NCBI GenBank assembly: GCA_016903675.1
Contig: JADQBA010000016.1
Location: 60,238-100,237, forward strand
Direction: 5' to 3'
Source: Stigonema ocellatum SAG 48.90 = DSM 106950
Lineage (GTDB): Bacteria > Cyanobacteriota > Cyanobacteriia > Cyanobacteriales > Nostocaceae
Length of the DNA stretch: 40,000 nt
A program made the translations under genes and the position numbers. The notes below the pieces were generated by a model. It saw nothing but the letters and a program-made list of their open reading frames with translations. It was not told the origin of the DNA and searched no databases. Shown here in pieces: positions 25,684 through 34,639 of this stretch (positions are counted from its first letter, which is position 1; each line of letters starts with the position of its first letter).

Positions 25684-25820
25684 TTTATGTATCCCTATTA
25701 AACATAAATTGCTTTTTAGCAAAATAAGTTCATCTTTATACAATAAAAGTATTCGATTATACTTTTCTTAAAAAAGAATATTCGATATTACCGTGAATGT
25801 AAATACTTTGGCACAAACTG

Positions 25821-26183
25821 TTACTGTGTAGCGGCTTCGGATAGTAAACCTGACATGGACAGGACGTGTTCTGACGCCTGTTTGGCGACAAGAGTAACCT
25901 GAGTTCTCGCCTCCGTATCAGTACAGATTTGACTCCAGTGCCGTTGCCAACGGGAAAGTAGACGCTGTAAATCCACCAATTCTGCTGCTTGGTCTATATC
26001 CATGGACTGCGCAGTCCACTCAATAAAAAACTTGCTTTCTTCTACGAGACTAACAACTAAATCACCATGTGCTGGGTCATCTAAAAAAGATTTAATCCGT
26101 GCCAAGTTTGCAGCTAGGTTCCCCAAACGGGTGGGAATATTATCTCTTTGAAGCCTTTGTTGTTTTTGAGTCCAGTCTTTCAT
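25821..26183 (-). CDS. Hypothetical protein (120 aa), all-helical appearance
   Basis: An ORF with no recognised motif. A 23-aa mini-ORF (26251-26180, MEIQDATIRERVAEVIQQLLGDV) overlaps its start via ATGA. Confidence 0.45.
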   Translation of the reverse strand: MKDWTQKQQRLQRDNIPTRLGNLAANLARIKSFLDDPAHGDLVVSLVEESKFFIEWTAQSMDIDQAAELVDLQRLLSRWQRHWSQICTDTEARTQVTLVAKQASEHVLSMSGLLSEAATQ

Positions 26184-26305
26184 ACGTCTCCTAGCAACTG
26201 TTGAATAACTTCGGCAACTCGTTCTCTAATCGTAGCGTCCTGAATTTCCATTGAACTTAATCAGCAACGCCAAAAACTTTAATAATAATGATCATCAAAT
26301 AGAGA

Positions 26306-26338
26306 GGGGATGAGGCTAGCGTCGCTAGCCTCATCCCC
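26306..26338 (-). terminator. Perfect hairpin (15-bp stem, 3-nt loop) downstream of the large WD40 gene
   Basis: ggggatgaggctagc gtc gctagcctcatcccc. On the minus strand it is followed by tctctatttgatg, which is only moderately U-rich. Confidence 0.45.
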
Positions 26339-26541
26339 TATAACCCGCGCACGATTATCATTTTCATTTAGATAATTTTAAGTATTTTAACTGATTGACA
26401 AAAGTCACTTTACCTTAACCTCTCACGAATGGCTGGTGGGCACTGCCCACCCTACGAAATCATCAGCTTTTTGTTGCTCTGATTTTCGCAACAAGGCGGT
26501 GGTGCAAGATATGAGCCTACCCACTTAACTAATAAGTTCTT

Positions 26542-26576
26542 AATTACGAATTACGAATTACGAATTACGAATTATT
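26542..26576. repeat. Heptamer tandem array AATTACG x4 plus AATTATT, the same family as 5818-5852
   Basis: aattacg aattacg aattacg aattacg aattatt. The array overlaps the stop codon of the WD40 gene. Confidence 0.9.
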
Positions 26577-29500
26577 CACTCACTGCTCCCAAAGCTTTCA
26601 AAGTTACCTTTTCAGCTACCGTTAAACCAATTATACCTGTAATATTCATACCCTCATAAGGTCTATGTGCCCTAAAAGTTTTTAAACACTCACCTGTAGC
26701 CACACTCCAAAGCTTAATAGTCTCGTCTTTGCTACCACTGGCTAACATTTGACCATCTGGACTAAAAGCAACACACCAGATCACTTTCTCATGTCCCCGC
26801 AACGTTTTCAAAGTTACACCTGTATTCACATCCCAAAGCTTTACTGTTTGGTCATCGCTGCTACTTGCTAACATTTGACCATCTGGGCTAAATGTAATTG
26901 ACCTAACTCCGTGGGTATGTCCTTGAAAAGTACGTAGGCATTGCCCTGTACCCATATGCCATAGTTTAATGGTTTGGTCAGCGCTACCACTGGCAACAAG
27001 GCTACCACAGGGACTAAAAGCAACTGATAAAACCCAATCCTCATGTCCTACCAAGGTTGTTAAACAAATACCAGTACTAGCATCCCAGAGTTTAATGGTT
27101 TGGTCATCACTACCGCTGGCTAAGGTCGTTCCTTCTGGGCTGAAAGCTACTAACTTGACCCGATGAGTGTGTTCTTGCAGCGTATGTAAACACTCACCCG
27201 TGCGCCAATCCCAAAGCTTAACAGTGTAATCGTTACCACCACTTGCCAGAATTTGTCCATCTGGACTGAAACAAACTGATTGAACCCAACCACTATGTCC
27301 CCACAAAGTTCTCAAACATTCACTTGTCTTGGCATCCCACACCTTGATAGTTTGGTCATCACTGCTGGAAGCTAGGATTTGAGTACTGAGGTCACTGAGT
27401 GTGGCAAATGTGACTGCTGTGACTATATTAGTATGACCAAGCAATGTTCTTTTACATTGTGCCGTCGAAATATCCCACAGTCTGACTCTATGGTCTGCAT
27501 GACTACTTGCCAAGGTTTGACCATCCACACTGAAGGCAACAGATGACACCCAATTGCTGTAAGTTGAGAGCGATCGCAAGCATTGTCCAGAAGAAAAATC
27601 CCAAAATTTTACAGTTTGGTCATCACTCACACTCACCAACGTTTGCCCATCAGGACTAAAACCAACTAACCAAACCCTCTCGGTATGTTCCTGCAAAGTT
27701 TGCAAACAATCAACCGTTGAAACATCCCATATCTTAACAGTTTTATCTTCACTTGCTGTCGCCAGTAACCGACCATTTGCACTGAAGTTAACTGACCAGA
27801 CATAGCTGCTGTAACCTGGTATAACTTTAACACATTCTAGCGTCTGGATATCCCATAATTTCACAGTGTTACCATCGCTTCCCGTTGCTAGTATATGCCC
27901 ATCAGGACTCAAAGCAACAGAACGTTTCCAGTTGATGTTGGTTTCCAAACTCCGCAAGCACTGACCGTTATTAATATCCCAAACCCTTACAGTTTGGTCT
28001 TCACTGCTACTCACTAATATTTGTCCATTTCCACTGAACGCAACAGACCATATCCGACCTGTATGTCCAAGCAAAGCTTTAATGTACTGCCCAGTGTGTA
28101 TATTCCATAATCGCACAGTTTGGTCATTACTACCACTTGCCAAAATTTGACCATCTGGACTAAAAGCAACAGATTTCACCCAACCGGTATGACCTCGTAG
28201 GGTTTTGAGACATTGCCCAGTTTGAACATTCCACAATCGTACTGTTTGGTCATGACTAGCGCTTGCCAAAATTTGACCATCTGGGCTAAAAGCAAGACAT
28301 ACTACCCAACTAGTATGCCCGTTATAGCAGCGCAACTTTCGACCATCTGCAACTTGCCACAAACAAATCTCTTCATCAATCCCTATTGCTATCAACTTTC
28401 CGTCTGGACTAAAGGTTGCTGAGAAAATAACGCCTAAAGTTTGAGTCAATACAGATTTAGTCAAATCTGAGTTAGAGAAATTGACGAAGTGCAAATTCAT
28501 CCCCTGTAGGTACGCCTGCCAAACAGTTAAGTTAGAAAAATTATAGCCACTGAGGTCTACCTGCAATTGCCAGAGGAGATTGAGAAGATTACCCCCAGCA
28601 TATCCCGGTTTTCGGGGTGCATGGGAACGTAGTGTTGACAGCAACTGATTCAAGTGGTCTTGGACAATTTCCTGATTTCCCAAAAAAGTCAGAAGTCTAT
28701 CGGCAATAGGCTTCAGTATCAGCCTTGTTTGAGTATTTCTTAAATAATCTTTTGCCTGAGATTTGATGAGCGCATAGCTATTAAATTTTGTTATTTCTCC
28801 AGCTAAAATCTCTTGGCAAATCTCTTCGATAAATCGGTCAGTGATATATTCCATAACTACGGGTTGTTGAGAGAATTTTGCCAATTTTTTCTCAACTAAA
28901 GAGCGCGATATTAGAGAATCTAATGTTTCTAACAAATCCCGTGGTGCCACAGCAGGGATAATATCTCCTTGCAATTCTGCTAGTGATAACCATTCGCGAT
29001 TAATTGCCAGCCAGTACATGACCTGCTGTTCTAACACAGACAGGCGATTAAACTGTTGGTCAAGTAAATCTGAAATGTCTCCAAATACAATTGTGCCTTG
29101 CTGCAAAAACTCAGCAGTACTACCGTCAAATAACTCCTGAATGGTTGTCGCCACAATCTTGAGTGCCAGTGGATTGCCTGCATAGTAACTCACTAGCGTG
29201 CGACCTTCATCTTCAGATACAGAAAAGCCTTTTTCTAATAGAATAGAGTGACATTGTTCTTGAGGTAAACCAGATAATCTTAACGAATGAATACGTGAAT
29301 TTTTACCTTCTTTAACGCTAATTCCTCGAAGTTTTTCCCGACTGGTTAATACCAGGCAACTCTGATGGTTAGTTTCTCCCACACATCTAAAAAGTTGCCC
29401 ATATCCTTCATATCCTTGTCGATATGCTCCTGCACGTTTGTCACTGGATAAAATTGATTCTACATTGTCAAGTACTAACAAACAGCGTGCAGAACGGAGA

Positions 29501-31071
29501 TACTCAATTAATCGAGCAATTTTAGCATCCACTGTCTCGGGAAAAACCCTCTCCTGTTGATGAGAAAAAAAGTTAATGAGGTCAGTAAGAAGTTCTGGGA
29601 GAGTAGGAGCATTACGAAGGCTTCGCCAAATGAGATACTCAAATTCATCTTCAAGAAGCTGTGCTAACTTCACAGATAAAGCAGTTTTCCCAATTCCACC
29701 CATCCCAAACAAAGTAATCAGTCGGCTTTGGTCGTGAACAACCCATTGTTCTAGTTGTGCGAGTTCTTCTGTGCGTCCGTAAAACGCTGAAACATCGATC
29801 GCGTCTCCCCAGTCCTGTCGTTTACGAGTAGTTTTTGCCGCACTATATCTAGTTTGGGCGCGAACCTCACAATCAAAATTTAAAGCAGTCCCATTACCCC
29901 AGTCCATTTTTTCTTCCTGCGGTAAGGCAAATAAACTGCGGCGACGAAAATTTTTCCCACTTAACTGTAGCCAAGTCGGCGGTGTAGCGGCGGGATTTTG
30001 GCAAATGACAGGTAACCAAGAAGCACAGGGAAAGTCATCTTCTAAGCCCTGTAGCTTTCTGCGTGCTTGCTGTACCGCCAAGAATAAAGATAGTTGCTCA
30101 ATGGCGAAACCTTGTAAAAAATTATTAAAAAATTCCTGTGCCACCAGATTGGGCACAGACTCCCGCATCACAATTATTGTGGGAATATTCAGTTTCTCAA
30201 GAGATAAAGCCAATCCCAACCCATCACAGGAGTTGAAGATTGCCAGCTTTAAACCTTTATCAATGGCGACTTTGAGCGCTTCTTCTAATTGTTCAATCCC
30301 CAGGCTATTGTTGGTGGGATTTTCATTGATATAAATCTTGCCTGTTTCACCCTCAGTTTGGCTGTGACCTGCGAAAAAAAGGATATCCCAGCCATTGGAG
30401 TCCCAAAGCTGCGTGTTGAATTCCTGACGTTTTGGCTTGACAAGAAAGACAATTTCTGAATCAGGCAAGCTGTTAAGCCACTTGCGCTCTGCTTCCAAAT
30501 CAATACCAGCGCTGTTGCCCAGAATTGCCAAAATTCGCACTTTATGATGTTTGATTTGTAGCGGTGATATTTCGCGGCGTTTATACTCGGGTCGGGAAAG
30601 CGCCATTTCAGCCAGTGGATAATCCTCAAAAAAGTCACAACGATGCCACGGTAATCGCCGTAGCATCAGATCATTGGTTTCAAGAATTACCCGTATTTCT
30701 TCCTTTGGGTTGAGTCGAGATCGCACTTGGCGGCTAATGTTAACAATCCCCTCGGATCTCAACCAAGCATTCATGGATTCTGCTAATTTTTGACACAAAT
30801 CATGAAAATCAGTGATTGAGATGTTGGTGATCCCGCTAAAATCAATTTCCAGATCATCATCTTCAAGGGAACGGAGATACATGCGATCGCACAAGCTATC
30901 ATAATTTGACCGCCATTTTTTATACAATTCAATTAAATTAGGAGCAGGAGGCAACCAACCGATGAATTGCTCTGGTAGTGGATGACCTAATACCCACAGT
31001 TGGACAGTAATTCTTGGAAATCCCAGATACAACTCGCCATGTCCCAGATTAATGACAACTGACTTGCTCAT
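26572..31071 (-). CDS. STAND NTPase with CHAT/caspase-like domain, NB-ARC P-loop, pentapeptide-like linker and 14 WD40 repeats; start at 31071 preferred
   Basis: The His/Cys dyad context is ILFFAGHS...LAIFNSCDGLGLA. The P-loop is LFGMGGIGKTAL and Walker B is CLLVLDNVE. The linker NFSNLTVWQAYLQGMNLHFVNFSNSDLTKS follows. I counted fourteen xW(D/N) blade ends (VRLWNV, VKLWDI, IKLWDA and so on). The track's first 25 aa translate the octamer repeat. Confidence 0.8.
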   Translation of the reverse strand: MSKSVVINLGHGELYLGFPRITVQLWVLGHPLPEQFIGWLPPAPNLIELYKKWRSNYDSLCDRMYLRSLEDDDLEIDFSGITNISITDFHDLCQKLAESMNAWLRSEGIVNISRQVRSRLNPKEEIRVILETNDLMLRRLPWHRCDFFEDYPLAEMALSRPEYKRREISPLQIKHHKVRILAILGNSAGIDLEAERKWLNSLPDSEIVFLVKPKRQEFNTQLWDSNGWDILFFAGHSQTEGETGKIYINENPTNNSLGIEQLEEALKVAIDKGLKLAIFNSCDGLGLALSLEKLNIPTIIVMRESVPNLVAQEFFNNFLQGFAIEQLSLFLAVQQARRKLQGLEDDFPCASWLPVICQNPAATPPTWLQLSGKNFRRRSLFALPQEEKMDWGNGTALNFDCEVRAQTRYSAAKTTRKRQDWGDAIDVSAFYGRTEELAQLEQWVVHDQSRLITLFGMGGIGKTALSVKLAQLLEDEFEYLIWRSLRNAPTLPELLTDLINFFSHQQERVFPETVDAKIARLIEYLRSARCLLVLDNVESILSSDKRAGAYRQGYEGYGQLFRCVGETNHQSCLVLTSREKLRGISVKEGKNSRIHSLRLSGLPQEQCHSILLEKGFSVSEDEGRTLVSYYAGNPLALKIVATTIQELFDGSTAEFLQQGTIVFGDISDLLDQQFNRLSVLEQQVMYWLAINREWLSLAELQGDIIPAVAPRDLLETLDSLISRSLVEKKLAKFSQQPVVMEYITDRFIEEICQEILAGEITKFNSYALIKSQAKDYLRNTQTRLILKPIADRLLTFLGNQEIVQDHLNQLLSTLRSHAPRKPGYAGGNLLNLLWQLQVDLSGYNFSNLTVWQAYLQGMNLHFVNFSNSDLTKSVLTQTLGVIFSATFSPDGKLIAIGIDEEICLWQVADGRKLRCYNGHTSWVVCLAFSPDGQILASASHDQTVRLWNVQTGQCLKTLRGHTGWVKSVAFSPDGQILASGSNDQTVRLWNIHTGQYIKALLGHTGRIWSVAFSGNGQILVSSSEDQTVRVWDINNGQCLRSLETNINWKRSVALSPDGHILATGSDGNTVKLWDIQTLECVKVIPGYSSYVWSVNFSANGRLLATASEDKTVKIWDVSTVDCLQTLQEHTERVWLVGFSPDGQTLVSVSDDQTVKFWDFSSGQCLRSLSTYSNWVSSVAFSVDGQTLASSHADHRVRLWDISTAQCKRTLLGHTNIVTAVTFATLSDLSTQILASSSDDQTIKVWDAKTSECLRTLWGHSGWVQSVCFSPDGQILASGGNDYTVKLWDWRTGECLHTLQEHTHRVKLVAFSPEGTTLASGSDDQTIKLWDASTGICLTTLVGHEDWVLSVAFSPCGSLVASGSADQTIKLWHMGTGQCLRTFQGHTHGVRSITFSPDGQMLASSSDDQTVKLWDVNTGVTLKTLRGHEKVIWCVAFSPDGQMLASGSKDETIKLWSVATGECLKTFRAHRPYEGMNITGIIGLTVAEKVTLKALGAVSE

Positions 31072-31080
31072 GTTCTTGGT

Positions 31081-31120
31081 AGGGGTGTAGGGGTGTGGGG
31101 GTGTGGGGGTGTAGGGGCAT
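31081..31120. repeat. Octamer tandem array RGGGGTGT x5
   Basis: aggggtgt aggggtgt gggggtgt gggggtgt aggggcat, located 10 nt upstream (in minus-strand terms) of the preferred start codon of the STAND gene. Confidence 0.9.
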
Positions 31121-31363
31121 AATTTCAAATAAAATTTTCCGGACACCCTTAGTCTCCTACACCCTTACACCCTTTCTTTTCTTGACAAGCTACAGCCAAC
31201 AACTATAATACAATATGTAATCTATTTGATATAAGGATTGCCTTTGTTGTCTGTCTTTGAGTGAAAACGTAATTCCAGCCTAACGCACCTCTCTCACGCT
31301 TCTGGTGCGAAACTATTCATTTGCATTTACGACCTCAAAGAAATACCAACAAAGGAATATTCA

Positions 31364-31645
31364 ATGGAATTCAAACCACTTTTCACAGGCAAATTGGTTC
31401 GCCTTGCTGCACCTAAACCAGAGGACAACGAATATTTTGCCAGATGGTCCCAAAACGATGAGTACCTCAGGATTGCAGACAACGACCCAGCGCGACCTAT
31501 AACTCCTGAAGATTGGGCAAAGTTTGAAGCGAGTGTTTTAGATTCACCCAATAGCTACCACTTCCGTCTGCGAACTTTGGCAGAGGATACCAAGATTGAT
31601 GAAGTTCCTTCTGAGTTTGATCAAAAATCTCATGTATGGCAGTAA
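31364..31645 (+). pseudogene. GNAT-family N-acetyltransferase, N-terminal remnant
   Basis: MEFKPLFTGKLVRLAAPKPEDNEYFARWSQNDEYLR...YHFRLRTLAED is typical of the first 75 aa or so of RimJ/RimL-like GNATs. The acetyl-CoA-binding half is absent and the tail is unrelated sequence. Confidence 0.5.
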
Positions 31646-31689
31646 ATGGTATAATATTTGTACCATTAACATCCATTGGAGTGAAAACC

Positions 31690-31947
31690 ATGCCACGCCT
31701 AGATTTGGGTAATCCCTATGATTACTATGTGCAGGTATTAATTGATACTGGACTTTACAGCACATACACGGAAGTTGTGAAGGATGCGTTGCGCCAGCAC
31801 ATGGATTCCCACACCGAAAGCAAACGTATAGCGTTATTCCATGCTGCCATTGCTGAAGGAGAAGCCGACATACAGGCAGGACGCGTTGCGCCTTACAGCC
31901 CAGCATTGATTGACCGTTTGACCGCAGAAGTTCTTGAAGGTGAATAA
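31690..31947 (+). CDS. parD: ParD-family (RHH) antitoxin; start at 31690 (MPRLDLG) preferred
   Basis: LIDTGLYSTYTEVVKDALRQH matches the ParD/COG3609 signature (sGrYxsxSEVvRxaLR). The 3' end overlaps the parE start by 14 nt. Confidence 0.75.
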   Translation: MPRLDLGNPYDYYVQVLIDTGLYSTYTEVVKDALRQHMDSHTESKRIALFHAAIAEGEADIQAGRVAPYSPALIDRLTAEVLEGE

Positions 31948-32251
31948 AGAAAATTGCTACACTCTCCATATATCCGCGCGCGCGCAGCGCGATTACAAGA
32001 AAATTCAGCGTTATACGCGGGATTCATATGGCAAAGAGCAAGTGTTGAAATACGCTGCCCTGCTCAAGGGATGTTTTGAGAAAATAACGGACAATCCCAT
32101 GCTGGGACATTGGCGACCCGATATTCCACAAACGCATAAGGCATATAACGCAGGTGAACATATTATTGTCTATCGCGTGGAAGATCAGACGGTCTATGTG
32201 GTGGCCATTCTACACAGCAGAATGGATTTCTCACGCCATCTGGAAGAATAG
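31934..32251 (+). CDS. parE: ParE/RelE-family toxin
   Basis: 105-aa ORF. The C-terminal HIIVYRVEDQTVYVVAILHSRMD is the ParE hallmark. Confidence 0.8.
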   Translation: MKVNKENCYTLHISARAQRDYKKIQRYTRDSYGKEQVLKYAALLKGCFEKITDNPMLGHWRPDIPQTHKAYNAGEHIIVYRVEDQTVYVVAILHSRMDFSRHLEE

Positions 32252-32320
32252 CTTGATAGAAAATGCTTCCTTGCTTCTATTCCTCCGTAGAAAGCAACAT
32301 AAGTGAAAGTAAGGAAATAA

Positions 32321-33422
32321 TTTCAACTTTACTGGTGCCGAGGAAAGGTCCTAGGTGGAAGTAGCTCCATTAATGCCATGATCTATATTCGGGGTTCCTG
32401 GAGTGACTATGACCGTTGGCATGATTTAGGGAACACCGGGTGGAGTGCTAAAGAGGTACTACCCTACTTCAAAAAAGCTGAGCACCAAGAACGGGGTGCT
32501 GATGAATATCACGGTAGAGGAGGACCTCTTAACGTTGCCGATTTGCGCTACATTAACCCACTTTCCCAAGCCTTTGTAAAAGCAGGCTTAGAAGCTGGTT
32601 TACCGTTAAACCGCGACTTCAACGCAGCCAATCAGGAAGGAGTGGGATTTTATCAATTGACACTCCCCATGCCTAAAGGCAAGGGGATTCTGTAAGAGTT
32701 TCAGCCGTATCTCTTACATATCCGACTGTCGGAGTTTCCCACGCATTGGCGGTGATTCCCGTAGGCATGGTTCCTGGACTCAACCCACTTGGGATTGATA
32801 ACTTCCGAGGCGTAACTTTCCCCCAGTCTGGGGGTAGGGTGCAAAATAATTCACCAGTTTCACTCTATGTGTAGCACGAAGCTCCCACTCCTGTCAACTA
32901 CAATTCCATTTTGCTCCCGTGTACTACTTAGATCACGGCTTCACGCGACCTCAAGGACATGGATTTACATTAGGACCAATCCTGTTATGTCCCCAAAGCA
33001 AAGGTAGCATTACTTTACGCTCAAGCAATCCATTAGAACCACCAGTTATTGACCCAAATTACCTGTCTAATGAAGCCGATTTACCAGTTTTAGTATCAGG
33101 CGTAAAACTAGCTCGCAAACTAGTACAGATGATCGCGTTTGACCCATTTCGGGGCGCGGAAGTAGTCCCTGGTTTTGAAGTACAAGTAGAAGAGGAAATC
33201 TCCAACTTCATTCGCAACACTGCGGAAACCTTATATCACCCTGTTGGTACTTGCAAAATGGGTAACGATCGCATGTCAGTGGTCAACTCCCAACTCCAAG
33301 TTCACGGAATACAAGGGCTGCGAGTAGTCGATGCATCAATTATGCCGAATATCGTTGGTGGAAATACTAACGCCCCCACAATGATGATTGCTGAAAAAGC
33401 TGCCGATATTATTTTAGCCTGA
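32321..33422 (+). pseudogene. GMC-family (choline-dehydrogenase-like) oxidoreductase remnant: N-terminus missing, internal deletion, frame change
   Basis: Fragment 1 (frame open from 32321) reads RGKVLGGSSSINAMIYIRGSWSDYDRW...NQEGVGFYQLT. Fragment 2 (from about 32876, in another frame) reads LQFHFAPVYYLDHGF...HPVGTCKMGND...VVDASIMPNIVGGNTNAPTMMIAEKAADIIL. The FAD-binding GxGxxG N-terminus and about 200 central residues are absent. Confidence 0.7.
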
Positions 33423-33751
33423 TTACTATAATGTGGGTAGAATCTAGTGACGGTAGTTGAAGTAGCTGCTATAATGGAACCAAGAGTCGCTAACTTGGAA
33501 AAGCATCACCTTAGCTGTGATTCTTTTTCCCTTCTGTATGCCATGCAAAGCGATTAGTCACGTTTGAAATTGTCATTTCAGGCATTCAAAGCTGTTGGTC
33601 AAAAGTCAAACATCAAGTAGGTTTTTAAGTAAAAATACCACAAAAAACACAGCTTTTATAAATTTATCAAGAAGTTATTTTGGTTATTACAGATAAAATG
33701 TTGATTTTTAGGTAACCTGGAAGCGCAGATCTTAGGAGTAAAGTCAGCGTT

Positions 33752-34636
33752 ATGCACGTGTTGTTATCTGGATCGCTGAAAGTAGAGAAATTGACTGTTA
33801 AGATTGCAGATTTACCAGCTTCGTTACATGGGACGAAGCTGGTGCAATTGTCGGATTTGCATTACGATGGTTTGCGGCTGTCGTCCGAAATGTTAGAACA
33901 GGCGATCGCGGCCAGCAATGAAGCTGAACCCGATCTCGTTGTCTTAACCGGCGACTACGTTACTGACGATCCATCACCAATTCATCAACTGGTGTTACGA
34001 CTCAAACATCTACAAAGTCGTGCAGGCACCTATGCTGTACTCGGCAACCACGATATATATTACAATTCCTCAAAAGTAAAAGTTACAGCCGCCCTCAATA
34101 GCATCGGCATTAACGTTCTCTGGAATGAAATCGCCTATCCGCTAGGAAAAGAATTGCCAGTAGTTGGGCTAGCTGATTATTGGTCACGGGAATTCAACCC
34201 CAAAGTTGCCATGAACCAGTTAGACCCTACAACACCCCGCATCGTATTATCGCACAACCCAGATTCTGCTGAGATATTGCAACAATGGCGGGTGGATTTG
34301 CAACTATCTGGTCATACCCACGGCGGTCAAATTGTCATACCAGGACTTGGTCCTCTAGTAGTCTATTATAAAAAGCTCCTTTGCAAATATCAAAAGTTCC
34401 TTTACAAACTTCCCAAAAAAGTGCGGCGATGCTTACCATTATTGCGAGTAGACTGGACTAAAGTTGTGCGACATTGGGAATGGTCCCAAGGGTTTCACAA
34501 AGTGGCCAAAAATCAACTATACATTAATCGCGGCTTAGGAACTTATCTACCCGGACGTCTGTTTTGCCCACCAGAAGTTACTGTAATTACTTTACAAAGA
34601 GAATTGGGAGTGGGGAGTGGGGAAAGAGGGTGTTGA
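33752..34636 (+). CDS. Calcineurin-like metallophosphoesterase
   Basis: 294-aa ORF with SDLHYD, LTGDYV, LGNHD, SHNPD and SGHTHGGQI. Confidence 0.85.
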   Translation: MHVLLSGSLKVEKLTVKIADLPASLHGTKLVQLSDLHYDGLRLSSEMLEQAIAASNEAEPDLVVLTGDYVTDDPSPIHQLVLRLKHLQSRAGTYAVLGNHDIYYNSSKVKVTAALNSIGINVLWNEIAYPLGKELPVVGLADYWSREFNPKVAMNQLDPTTPRIVLSHNPDSAEILQQWRVDLQLSGHTHGGQIVIPGLGPLVVYYKKLLCKYQKFLYKLPKKVRRCLPLLRVDWTKVVRHWEWSQGFHKVAKNQLYINRGLGTYLPGRLFCPPEVTVITLQRELGVGSGERGC

Positions 34637-34639
34637 TGG

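Noticed and set aside
25684-25743. First 20 codons of the 149-aa queD track ORF
   Set aside because: QueD-family similarity begins at MPKWKL (25683). The extension (MYKDELILLKSNLCLIGIHK) lies in the AT-rich leader.
26969-30638. Several ORFs (65-117 aa) inside the large WD40 gene
   Set aside because: They are antisense or off-frame to a 1500-aa ORF with clear domain motifs. WD40 repeat DNA often keeps antisense frames open.
31072-31146. N-terminal 25 codons of the 1524-aa track ORF
   Set aside because: They translate the octamer repeat array. The ATG at 31071 (MSKSVVINLG) is the more plausible start. The observation is kept only as a low-interest finding.
31305-31969. Overlapping ORFs (64-141 aa) on both strands around the GNAT remnant and parD
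   Set aside because: No motifs are present. They conflict with parD and the GNAT-like reading.
32696-32875. Possible group II intron or IS remnant in the gap between the two GMC fragments; I also noticed a minus-strand open stretch reading ELFCTLPPDWGKVTPRK...
   Set aside because: I could not find a domain V-like helix or intron boundaries (GUGYG...AY). The plus strand still shows faint GMC-like residues (SA..Y.P, LGI). Degenerate GMC sequence with deletions is therefore the simpler explanation.
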